Of a stretch of DNA of 64,000 nt, positions 11,536 through 21,887 are shown piece by piece. The notes below the pieces were generated by a model. That model ran no database searches. It saw nothing but the letters and a program-made list of their open reading frames with translations, and was not told the DNA's origin. Within the stretch, counting starts at the first letter, position 1. Every line of letters starts with the position of its first letter. The position numbers and the translations under genes are program-made. This DNA is from Malacoraja senta (lineage: Eukaryota), in assembly GCA_038087875.1 (NCBI GenBank), contig CM075996.1:10170001-10234000 (forward strand), read 5' to 3'.

Positions 11536-13002
11536 CAAAGACAGTACAACCGTACATATGTGCCAGCACCGACAATTTCAAAAGAAAACATTATGAAGCG
11601 TTGGCCTAGAGTTGAGCCAGCGCCAGCAGCACCTGAAACAGGGCTGCCTATCCGTGGGCCTACAAGAGAGCCCGCGCAGGGGGAATCTGGCAGAGACTTA
11701 CCTGGAACAGGGGAGCCAGAGATGACCCAACATAAAGATGAATATCTAGATTCAAATGATGATTTATATCAGGACCAGAGTCCATTATCAGAGCTAAAAT
11801 GTTCCAAGGTTTGCACAAAAGTTTGCTGTTCCCACAGTAACAGGAGGAACCTTTGAGAGAGGAAATAGCTATGACTATAAATTATCTACTCTCCCATCAG
11901 CCCCAGGAATTAACTATGGAGGTATTGGATGAAGATTTTATATCGGATTTACAACAAAATGCCTTAGCACTCATGTGTAGTGCGCACTTTGAAATAAATT
12001 GTATTCGTGAAAATACAATAAGACCAAATATTCATCCTAAGTATGCAGGCTCTGCAAACCATCCAATATACAAATGCCTAAAATCAGCTTTTTGGAGAAA
12101 ATCTAGCAAAGAAGCTAAAGGATTACCTATGCTGAGCAGAGCGGTGCGAAGGCAGTATCCCTACAGGCGAAATGCTGGTGCAGGAGAAGGAACAAGCCTA
12201 TCATTCTGGTATACACGTTGACGTGCTGCACCAAGGATACGTGGAGGTTACAATGTGTCTACTAGAAGGGGACAACAATTGCCGGTGGCAAATCCCGAGG
12301 TAGGGGGGCTTGGTCTGGTAAGAAACACAACAAATGTTTCACACTCACAAATAGGGGGAAGGTTACGATTCTTCCTCAAAGCATGGCAATCAATAACAAA
12401 TGATTCATTTATTCTATGTAGCATTGTAGGATTCAAAATTGAGTTCACTCCACGTTTGGATCCTCCAATTCAGCATAATTCAAACTGGTCACGGATTTTC
12501 TCAAGGAACAGAATAAGTTGATCAAGGGAGAGTTGAAAATTTTATGCGGAAAATTAGGTAATAGAAAAGTCAGTAGAACAACACCATCAGTTTGTGTCAA
12601 ATATTTCCCAGAACAAAAAAGGATGGTGGTATTGGATGAATACTTTATGTATTGGATAAACCTTTATGTACAATAGAAACATTCCAAAATGCAAACATTT
12701 ACTAAATGCCATTCAGCTGGTCACAAAGAATTGCTATATGGCAAGCACAGATCTGCAAAATGCATATTATTCTGTGAAATGCATGGTAATGATCAAAGAT
12801 ATTTGAAATTTAGATGGGTCAGTTATGGCAATTTAAAGCATTGCCCAAATGGCCTGACATCAGCACCAAGATTATTCACTAAAATTACTCAAACCAATTT
12901 TAGCTCTGCTAAGAGCTGAGGGCCATGTATTAATGGTTTATTTAGAGGATATTCTGATTGTGTGGGACACTTTGGCTACTGCAATATTGTCAGTATCTAG
13001 AG

Positions 13003-15719
13003 AAGTGGTTCCCAACGTGGGGCGTACGCCCCACAGGGGGGCAATTTGATTTTTAAGGGGGGCAATTGAGCGTGACTGAGGAGGTCTGGGTCCAAATTTT
13101 CAATTTTTATTTTTTTGGATTTTCCATCAGGTAAACATATGTAGTTTATGTTTCAGATGTTATTTTGAGTAAATAATTTTTTGGGGGTAAAAAAGGTCTT
13201 TATTGTGTAGTTATTACATAATCACCGTGCCATCGCTCTTCATGCACGTCGCACGAAGCGCGCAAGGTCATGGGAGAACCTTATTTATTGAATTGGATTT
13301 AGAAATGCGATTCAAAGAGCTTTTGCTAAGTTACCCTTATAATATCTATTTCCTCCGTTTTCTCTCAAGGGAAAGCAATCCATTTTCTGAGAATTATTTC
13401 TTTGACTGCTCGTGCTAAAATGAGTAGTGCAAGCAAGAAGAAAGTTTGTCAGTATTCAGAGGAATATTTAAAACTTGGTTTCATACCCGCTGTCCATGAT
13501 GAACGGTCACCTTTCTGCCTCTTATGCCAACAATGCTTGACCAACGGATCAATGAAACCAGGTCGTCTTGAGGCGCATTTGAAGGCGAAACATAGTGCGT
13601 ATGTAAATTCAGATTTGAATTACTTCAAATCTTTAAAGGATAAGTTTGAAAAAAGATCAACAATAAAGTCTGTTTACTGCACAAACTGTTACTGTCAGTC
13701 GTACTCTTGAGGCTAGTTATGAAATTTCTTTACTCATTGCTAAATCTGGAAAAAATCATACTATAGGGGAGGATTTAATTAAACCATCAATATCAGCATT
13801 TCTTAAAACAGTTCTGGAAAAAGATGACAAAGATGTTAAAGCCATGCCACTCAGTAACAACACTGTTAGGAGAAGAACAGATGAAATGAGTGCAGATATT
13901 GAAACACAACTTGTTGAAAAGCTGAAATCAAGAAAATTCTCAGTACAAATGGATGAATCAACTGTGAGAGACAGTGAGGCCTTATTGCTAACCTATGTAA
14001 GATATATTGATAAAGGTGAATTTGCTGAAGAAATGTTATTCTGCAAATTGTTAGAGACCAGCACTACCGCCACTGATATATATAATAAACTAAAACACTA
14101 CTTAGATGTCAGTAATATACCAATGGAAAACATAACATCTTGTGCAGCTGATGGTGCTCCTGTTATGATGGGCAAGAAAAATGGTTGCTTAAAATTGATG
14201 AAAGATGAGAATCCGGAAATGCTTCTTGTGCACTGTGTTATTCATAGAGAGAACTTAGTGTCGAAAAATATTTCTCCTATAATTAATGAGGTACTGAAAT
14301 CAGTTATAAAATCTATCAATGCTATCAAAGCTAATGCCAAATGTGGGCGTCTTTTCAAGCAATTTTGTGAAGATAACAATGCAGACCATGTGAGACTTTT
14401 ACTTCACACTGAGGTACGGTGGCTTTCGAAGGGGAATTGTTTGAAAAGATTCATGGAACTATTTGATGAGCTTAGTGACTTTTTAAGTGACAAGCCTGAA
14501 ATGAAGCACCTGCTAACCGTTGATGGAAAAGCGTTTGTGAGTTATTTAGCAGATATTTTTGAAAAACTGAATGTGTTGAATAAACAACTTCAAGGAACAA
14601 ATAAAACTCTTGTTGATGCAAAGGCGAAGATATTTGGCTTTATTTCATTTAGCGAGTTATGCCAAAAACATATTTCTGACAAAAAATTTGACCCGTTTCA
14701 TTGGCTAAAGAAATGTGAGCCGACTGATGCTGCTGTACTTGTCATTGTGGATCATCTGAAAATATTGGCCTCTGATTTGAAAGAAAGATTTTCTGATTTA
14801 AAACAGATTGATTTTCCAACATGGGTGATGCAGCCAGCGCTAGTGGATCTATCTGATGTTTCAATGCAGTACCAAGAAGAACTCTCGGAAATACAAAATG
14901 ATGAGTCAGTTAAAACTTTATTCAACATAAAAGGAGCGATGGCATGGCTTTGTGATGAGACAGAAACTAAATACCCAAATTTAACCAGCTTTGCAAGAAA
15001 ACTGTTGTTACCTTTCCCATCTACATATTTAGCTGAATGTGGCTTTAGTGCTGTAAATGATTTGCTACTGAAGAAAATAAATCGACTGGATATCACTAAA
15101 CGAGGAGATTTGAGACTGAAGCTGACTAAATTAGTGCCTAATATAAAATCTCTTTGCAGCAGGCATGAAGCACGAGGGTCTCACTAACTTTATTCTAATT
15201 ATCTTGAGGTGAGCTCAAATGGTATTTTGCATTTGATAGGTACCATTACTTTATTGTACAGTAATGAAAATGATCGAAGTATTACAGAAAAAGCTTCCAT
15301 TCAAATTAGTTTGTGTTGTATAACATTTCAGTTCTCTATTATATGTTTTGAAACTTTATTTGCTGTTTTCGTATGAGACAATCCACAAATATTTCAATAT
15401 TCTAATATAGAAATTTTCTCTCTCTTTATTACCTGTGAATACTCTTTTATTATCATATTTATCATTATTATTATTTTAATACCACCTAATGATTTTTTCT
15501 TTTTTTTAAACAATTTTTTAGTAATTTCTTGCTCAGAACTTTAACTGTCTTTTGTTTATTTCATTTTTCTTTTTCATGGATGCCATGTTCTTTTGAAGCT
15601 TGTTTAAACCAAGGTATTGAAATGATAAGAATTATATATCACCACATGAGGGGTGGGGGGCATCAGGATTTTAGAGGTGATTAGGTGGGGCATGGCCAAA
15701 AAAAGGTTGGGAACCACTG
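13003..15719 (+). mobile_element. hAT DNA transposon (Charlie/Buster group)
   Basis: 14-bp TIRs (a/c)AGTGGTTCCCAAC; 8-bp TSD ATCTAGAG (12995-13002, 15720-15727) matching the Charlie NTCTAGAN target. Confidence 0.95.
13420..15187 (+). pseudogene. hAT transposase (ZBED5/Buster-like), one frameshift near 13670
   Basis: BED-like CLLC...HLKAKH; FSVQMDEST, CAADGAP, HCVIHRE, TEVRWLS, STYLAECGFS. Confidence 0.9.
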
Positions 15720-16939
15720 ATCTAGAGTCAAATACATTTTGAAAAAATGGGTTTCATTATTCACCTACAAAAATCAAAATTGTTACCAAGCAAGAATAAT
15801 TGATTAGCCAGGGTTCACAATTAACTCTGAACACATGGTAATCACCTTGCCAAAAGATAAGGCTGCAGTTAATTGAAGATTGCACTAAACTCATAAAACG
15901 AGGACAAGCCTTCAATTAGAGAAGTGGCAAGCTTGCTGGGCAAATTAATTGCTGGGTTTCCAGCTGTCAGGTTTGGACCATTCCATTATCAATGTTTACA
16001 GAAGGCTAAGGTACAAGCATTAAAAATGAATATAGGGCATTTTGACAGGCCATGAAATTAACAATTGGATCCATTACAGAAATAGAATAGTGGATTAACA
16101 ATGTCTCTAATGCTTCCAGAAAAGTTCTGGTAGAAACACCTTCCGTCATTCTACAGACTGATGTAAGTGCTCTTGGATGGGCGCAACTAACATGATTTCC
16201 AGCTGTGGAGGTAGGTGGAATGTCGATGAAGTACCTTTGCTTGAAAATTAAGGAATACATTACCTAGAGCTGTTAGGAGCATTTCATGGCCTTAAAGCTT
16301 ATTGCACTAATATGGGAAATGTGCATGTTCAGGTACAGGTTGACAATACTACAGCTGTAGCATACATGAATCACATGGGTGGTATCAAATCAGAATCATG
16401 TGATAGATTGGCAAATGAAATTTGGACCTGGTGTATTGCCAGGAAAAATTTGGCTGTCAGCAATATATTTACCAGGAAAATTTAACTTAATTGCAGTCAA
16501 AATATCACGTAAATTTAATGATAATACAGAATGGATGTTAAATCAGGAAATATTTACACAAATTGTAACACAATTTGGAATGCCAGAGATTGATTTGTTT
16601 GCATCAAGACTAAACCACCAATTGCCTAAATATGTGTCATGGGAACCTGATCCTGGTGCAGTAGCGGTGGATGCTTTCTCGCTACATTGGGGTGGTATGT
16701 TTCTGTATGCATTTCCACCATTTTGTTTAATCAACAGATGCATACAGAAAATTAAACAAGACTCGGCCTCAGGGATTTTGGTAGTACCAGATTGGCCTAC
16801 ACAGCTATGGTACCCACTGGTGTTAAAAATGATCACACAAAAAAAAAAACCCTTATGATTATTCCAAAGCAGATAAAACTGCTTGTACACCCTGTAACTG
16901 ATGAACCACATCCTTTACATGATCGTATTGGTTTGTTGA

Positions 16940-17934
16940 TTTGCAGATTCTAAGAAGGCCATATCTTGGAAAAGGATTATCAGATCGTACGGTGGATGTT
17001 ATGACAGCAGCCTGGAGGAATAGTACCCAGAAGCAGTACATTTCCTATATAAAGAAATGGGAGGTGTTTTGTTCAGGAAAGAATATTGCATATAACACAG
17101 CAGAAATTTCAGATGTAATAGAGTTTCTTTAAACTCTATACTACAAATTAAAATTAAGTTATAGTGCAATCAATACTGCACGAAGTGCACTCTCTGCATA
17201 TTTAAGCAGTGAATCAGAACAAACTCCAATAGGAGCACATCCTTACGTCTGTAGGTTTATGAAAGGAATTTTCAACTCCAATCCTCCTAGAACTAGGTAT
17301 ACAGAAATCTGGAATGTAAAAGATGTACTGATGCTGCTGAGGATTGGAATCCTATTGAAACTCTGTCATTAGCCAAAAATCACCATGAAATTGGTTATGC
17401 TCATGGCATTAGTTTCAGCTCAGAGAGTTCAAACATTACAGAAACTAAGAATTGACAGAATGAAGGTAGTGGCGAATGCCATTACATTCTATGTATGATT
17501 TACTGAAGCAAAGTAGACCTGGGTTCACGGGATGTAAGTTGGAGTTTTTCAACATATCCTACAGATCCACGGCTATGTGTAGTAACATATGTAAAATGTT
17601 ACATAGAAACAACAAGAATCTTAAGAGGCACAGAATTGGCAATTTTTATTAGTCATAAAATCCGCATAAGGAAGTGTCAACACAGACAATTTCAAGATGG
17701 TTGAAACAGGTGTTGATTTATTCAGGGATTGATACTGATAAATTTAGATCTCATTCCACCAGGGCGGCATCAACAACGGCGGCCAGGGATTCAGATGTGC
17801 CAATAGACCTTATCCTCGTGGCCGCAGGATGGGCAAGTGAACAGATGTTTCACAAGTATTACCATAAGGAGATTAAAGATCTTGGGGTGTTTAGTGATGC
17901 TGTGCTGGATTCAGTATTAAATCCCCCATTATAA
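16940..17934 (+). pseudogene. DIRS tyrosine recombinase, frameshifted
   Basis: AWRNSTQKQY, SAINTARSALS, ALVSAQRVQTL, HSTRAAST...AGW...FHKYY. Confidence 0.9.
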
Positions 17935-18099
17935 TAAATGGGCCTAATTTGTTACTTTTGTTAAAATAAATAGAACCATTAACTGATTACATTTAATGTT
18001 GTGGTTATGCATTCTTGATTGTGCTTACTCAAATAGAGTCAATCAGTGCAGTGAGCACCTGGATTTTAATCCACGGTGTGAAATCACAGAGCTTTGAAA

Positions 18100-18212
18100 T
18101 CTTCACGTAGTCACTCACGTGACTCCGAAGTAAAATAGTAAGATTAAACGAGAACCTACCAGTTTGAAGTTTGATCTTTATTTTATGAGGAGTAACGTTG
18201 AGGGATTACGTG
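18100..18212. repeat. DIRS internal complementary region (ICR)
   Basis: 18100-18135 is the reverse complement of 10617-10652 (2 mismatches); 18136-18212 is the reverse complement of 18360-18436 (3 mismatches). Confidence 0.95.
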
Positions 18213-18438
18213 CCCTCCGCTCCCACCCTCATAAAAGGATTAAGCTGGTAGTTCTAAGTCTTTATGCATCTTACTATCATACTTCAGTAATTATCGTCTG
18301 TGATTGTCACTCTGCTGCTTTGAAAGATTGACACGTGTGCAGCTGGACGGGGTCTTCTTCACGTAATCCCTCAACGTTACTCCTCATAAAATAAAGATTA
18401 AACTTCAAACTGGTAAGTTCTCATTTAATCTTACTATT

Positions 18439-18845
18439 ATATTGTAATTAATGGTATTGTGATCACTGGACCCGAAGTGCTCCCCGACGCTTACCTCCGC
18501 CACCTGCCCTGTCTCATTTCCTAACAGGTGGTCCAGCACTGCCCCTTCTCTAGTAGGTACCTCTATGTATTGCTGCAAAAAACTATCCTGCACACATTTT
18601 ACAAACTCCAAACCATCCAGCCCTTTTACAGAATGTGTTTCACAGTCTATGTGTGGAAAATTCAAATCTCCCACAATCACTACCTTGTGCTTACAACTAA
18701 TATCTGCTATCTCCTTACATATTTGCTCTTCCAATTCTCACTCCCCATTTGGCGGTCTATAATACACCCCTATAAGTGTTGCTACACCTTTCCCATTTCT
18801 CAGCTCCACCCAAAATAGCCTCCCTAGACGAGCCCTCTAATCTAT
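18439..18845 (-). mobile_element. CR1 subfamily B, 5' (endonuclease) part of the DIRS host
   Basis: VIVGDLNFPHID...GSSDHNTINYNI joins in frame to MERVRTG at 10614. Confidence 0.9.
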
Positions 18846-18869
18846 TTTCTATGTTTCTATGTTTCTCAT

Positions 18870-19042
18870 TTTCACCTAACAAACAGCTAATTGATAGCCA
18901 ATAATGGCCTTTTTCCTTAATCAATGTTACTTTTTCGCACATCTTTCATTCATTGCTCTTTATATCTCTCGTTCCCCCTATCCCTAACCCGTCTGAAGAA
19001 GGGTCTTGACCCGAAACGTCACCCATTCCTTCTCTACAGAGA
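18870..19042 (+). mobile_element. Penelope 3' terminal fragment with hammerhead motif
   Basis: ctgaagaagggtcttgacccgaaacgtc at 18993-19020. Confidence 0.65.
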
Positions 19043-19159
19043 GAACCAACAATGGCCCTGAGTTGGTTAATGGTTTATTTATTGTCACTTGGACCAGCCC
19101 CCTCCATTCACGCACCTTATTTAGTGCCTAATCTCCATGCTCCCTCAATCAGAACCAAC

Positions 19160-19510
19160 CATTTGGGGACCTGGGGTGGAGGGTACTGCACCGAGGAATG
19201 CCATGCAACCTGTTTCTCTCGCGGTTCACAGACTCGCCAGCCGCGGCCACTTTTGCAGGCTGGAAGCATCTGTCTACCACGTGTGAGGTTGCATCCACTG
19301 TTTCAATACCTAAAGGGCTGCTCCTTGCTTTCTGGCTGCATTTTTCACCCATCATTGTCATCTTTGGACACCCTGTGCATAGGGGAGAGGGTCGGGCTGA
19401 TGATGTCCTGGTAGGGTTGCTCCTGGGCCTGGCCAAGCTGGCCGTCCACGAGTCAGGCGAAAGAGGGCTCTGCCTGAGCCATCTGCCTGCCCCTTTTCTG
19501 GTGTGACGTC
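19160..19510 (+). mobile_element. Tx1 ORF2 3' fragment
   Basis: FWLHFSPIIVIFGHPV...VGLLLGLAKLAVH. Confidence 0.75.
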
Positions 19511-19660
19511 CACGCCCAGGATGGAGCGTCCTGCAACCGGGGGAGGGACACGGCTTCAGGCGGGGGCTGGTGGGGAGGGCGAGAGCGTCTTGCAGCCGGG
19601 GAGAGGGGACGGCTTCAGACGGGGCATGTCAGGGCCCAGTGGGGAGGGGTGGGAGCGCTG

Positions 19661-21276
19661 CAGGGCTCGAAATTAGCGGTTGCCCGTGTGCCAATGGCCA
19701 CCTAAAATGCCGCCAGGCAACCTAAATGCAGAGTCATTTTGCCCAGCTTGGAACTGCAGATATTGGTTTATACCAAAGATAGATCCAAAAAACTGGAGTA
19801 ACTCAGTGGGTCAGGCAGCATCTCTGGAGAAAGGGAACATGACGTTTCGTGTCAACGGCGACTGTAGTGCGGGTCAAAGATACTAGGTGCGGGGTGATGG
19901 AGGGTCGGAGCGAATGACGGGCCCCGCACAGCAGCAGTGGCTCCACCTCCCCCGCCCGCCCTGATAGCGGTCGCTGTGTGCCACTTCGCCAACAGCGATA
20001 AACGCTTTCAAAACAAACCCTCCCACATGCTGTGTCCGGGAGGAGGGAGGAGGGAGGAAGGGAGGGAGGGAGGATGGAGGAGGCCCCCTTCTGCCGTCTG
20101 AAGCAAAGATCTTATATCACCTGCACTGCTCGGCCCCGCACCTTCCTGTTGGCTGGCGGAGCAGGGGAGGCGGTGGCGAGGAGAACCGAACTGCCTCCCC
20201 CTTAGGTGGTGGCACTTGGCGGTGGACAGGGAGGGCTAAGGCAGCTTTCATGATGCCGGTGTTGTCCGAGGAGCGCTGATATTCCTTCCTCCCCACGTCC
20301 CCACCTCTTAACTACCTCCCTCTCTCTCCCCCTCCCTCTCTCTCCCCCTCCCTCTCTCTCCCCCTCCCACTCTCCCCACTCCCTCTCTCCCCCTCCTTCC
20401 CCCCCTCTCTCTCCCGCTCTCTCTCCCCCCCTCTCTCTCCGCCCCTGTCTCTCTCCCCCCCTCTCTCACGCCCCCCTCCATCCCCCTTAACCTGGGACCC
20501 CTCCTCTCCATCCCACACTGATCCCCATTCCCACCTCTATTCAGTCCTCACTAACATCCCCTGTGCTCCCCTCCCCATCTACCCCCCCCCTCCTCCAAGC
20601 TATTCATCCTGCACTGATCTCCCTATCCATCTCACATTGATTCTCCTGCCACCCCCATCCATCCTACACTGGTCCCCCAATTCATCCAGTATTGACCCCC
20701 CTTCCATCTACCCTGTACTGCACCGCCCATTCATCCTGGACTGCTCCTCCCATTCATCCTGTACTGCGCCCCCCATTCATCCCATACTGACCCACCCATT
20801 CATCCTGCACTGCGCCCCACCCCCATTCATCCTGTACTTGCATCAATCCATAGTGTGCATGGTTAAGCATAAATGTTACCATGGTCCAGGATTTATTGAC
20901 ACAGGTTGATCATACGCAGAATAATCCAACCACATTTTTGTTTGGAAGTGGAAAGAAATAATAGAAATTGCATTCATTTCAATGTGTAAAAAGAGTTGAG
21001 ATACTAATTGAGATACAGCATTATAATTTTGCGGCATGTCATTGTGGTATATATCATGTTTTGATTTAGCTTGTGACTTTATTTGAAGCAGAAATATTAT
21101 GTGAATGCTTCATTGAGCATAATTCCAACTGGTAACTACTCACTTCGCCCGAGCACATTATTGCACGTGTTATGCAAGCCGTCTTAAATGACCACCTAAA
21201 CTGTAATTTGGCAACATAAAAAGCTGCCTAGGTTGCCTGGCTGGCAACAGGGAAAAAATGTTATGTGAGAGCCCTG
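19661..21276. mobile_element. Non-autonomous TIR DNA transposon (hAT-like termini)
   Basis: CAGGGCTC...GAGCCCTG termini; GGCAAC/GTTGCC subterminal motifs at both ends; flanking CGCTG direct repeat. Confidence 0.7.
20310..20850. repeat. CT-rich low-complexity tract followed by a degenerate (cccattcatcctgcactg)n minisatellite
   Basis: Read directly from sequence. Confidence 0.8.
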
Positions 21277-21699
21277 CGCTGCCGTGGCCTACCACTGCCT
21301 TAGCCTGCCGCTGCCTAACCCTGCGCTGACGCTGCTTATCGCTGTCGTGACCTACCGCTGTCTAAAAAACGTAAGCAGTAGTTTTCAGTTTCAAGGATAA
21401 CTGACCAGTAATGTTAAATGTCTGCCGAACTTCTTATCTGTATCTCTGGCTTCTTAAAAGATGTTTGGCTTCCTAAAAGTTCTCTCCTTCTCCCTCCTTC
21501 TCCCCCCCCCCCCTCTTTTAAAGGACTAACCCCGTACACTGTGCTTTAGCCATCTTAATAACACCGCCAATCTTCCTGTTCATTGCGGTGTGCCTCTGTA
21601 TCAACTTGGCTTTGCACCATGTGAATTTCAGATAGCGGTCCCCCGGTTTGCCCTGTCCCCCGCCTTTGCGATATGTCTGTGTGTGGTCCAATGACAAGT

Positions 21700-21785
21700 T
21701 GACATTCCAGTTGCCGGCTTTTCAGGCGACTGCCGGCAACTTAACAGTCACCGCCTGAAAAATCACCTAATTAGGACAGGCTCAT
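21700..21785. mobile_element. Possible PIF/Harbinger-type non-autonomous element end
   Basis: aaaaatcacctaattaggacaggct resembles AGTGGGACAGGCCC termini; no partner TIR found. Confidence 0.3.
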
Positions 21786-21887
21786 TTGCATACAATTTTT
21801 TAATTGATTTTTAGTCCTATTCCTATAATTTTGTTGTATCTTGTTACACTTTAAAATAGATAATTTGTCATACATTGTTACATTTTA

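Larger units (their letters stand above)
12300..16860 (+). pseudogene. DIRS pol (RT, RNase H, methyltransferase-like domain), frameshifted and interrupted by the hAT
   Basis: IGGRLRFFLKAW, PNGLTSAPRLFTKI, YLEDIL (YLDD-like), VQVDNTTAVAY, IDLFASRLNHQLP...YAFPPF. Confidence 0.85.
10616..18438 (+). mobile_element. DIRS1-type tyrosine-recombinase retrotransposon, full length, coding decayed
   Basis: ITRs 10644-10679 / 18329-18364; internal complementary region 18100-18212; ATT at both junctions; gag-RT-RNaseH-MT-YR remnants in order. Confidence 0.95.

Noticed and set aside
13844..15187. Domesticated ZBED/SCAND3-like host gene
   Set aside because: Enclosed by TIRs and a TSD inside a DIRS element, and frameshifted
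16379..16858. Horizontally acquired bacterial or phage methyltransferase
   Set aside because: This is the known methyltransferase-like domain following RNase H in DIRS1-like pol
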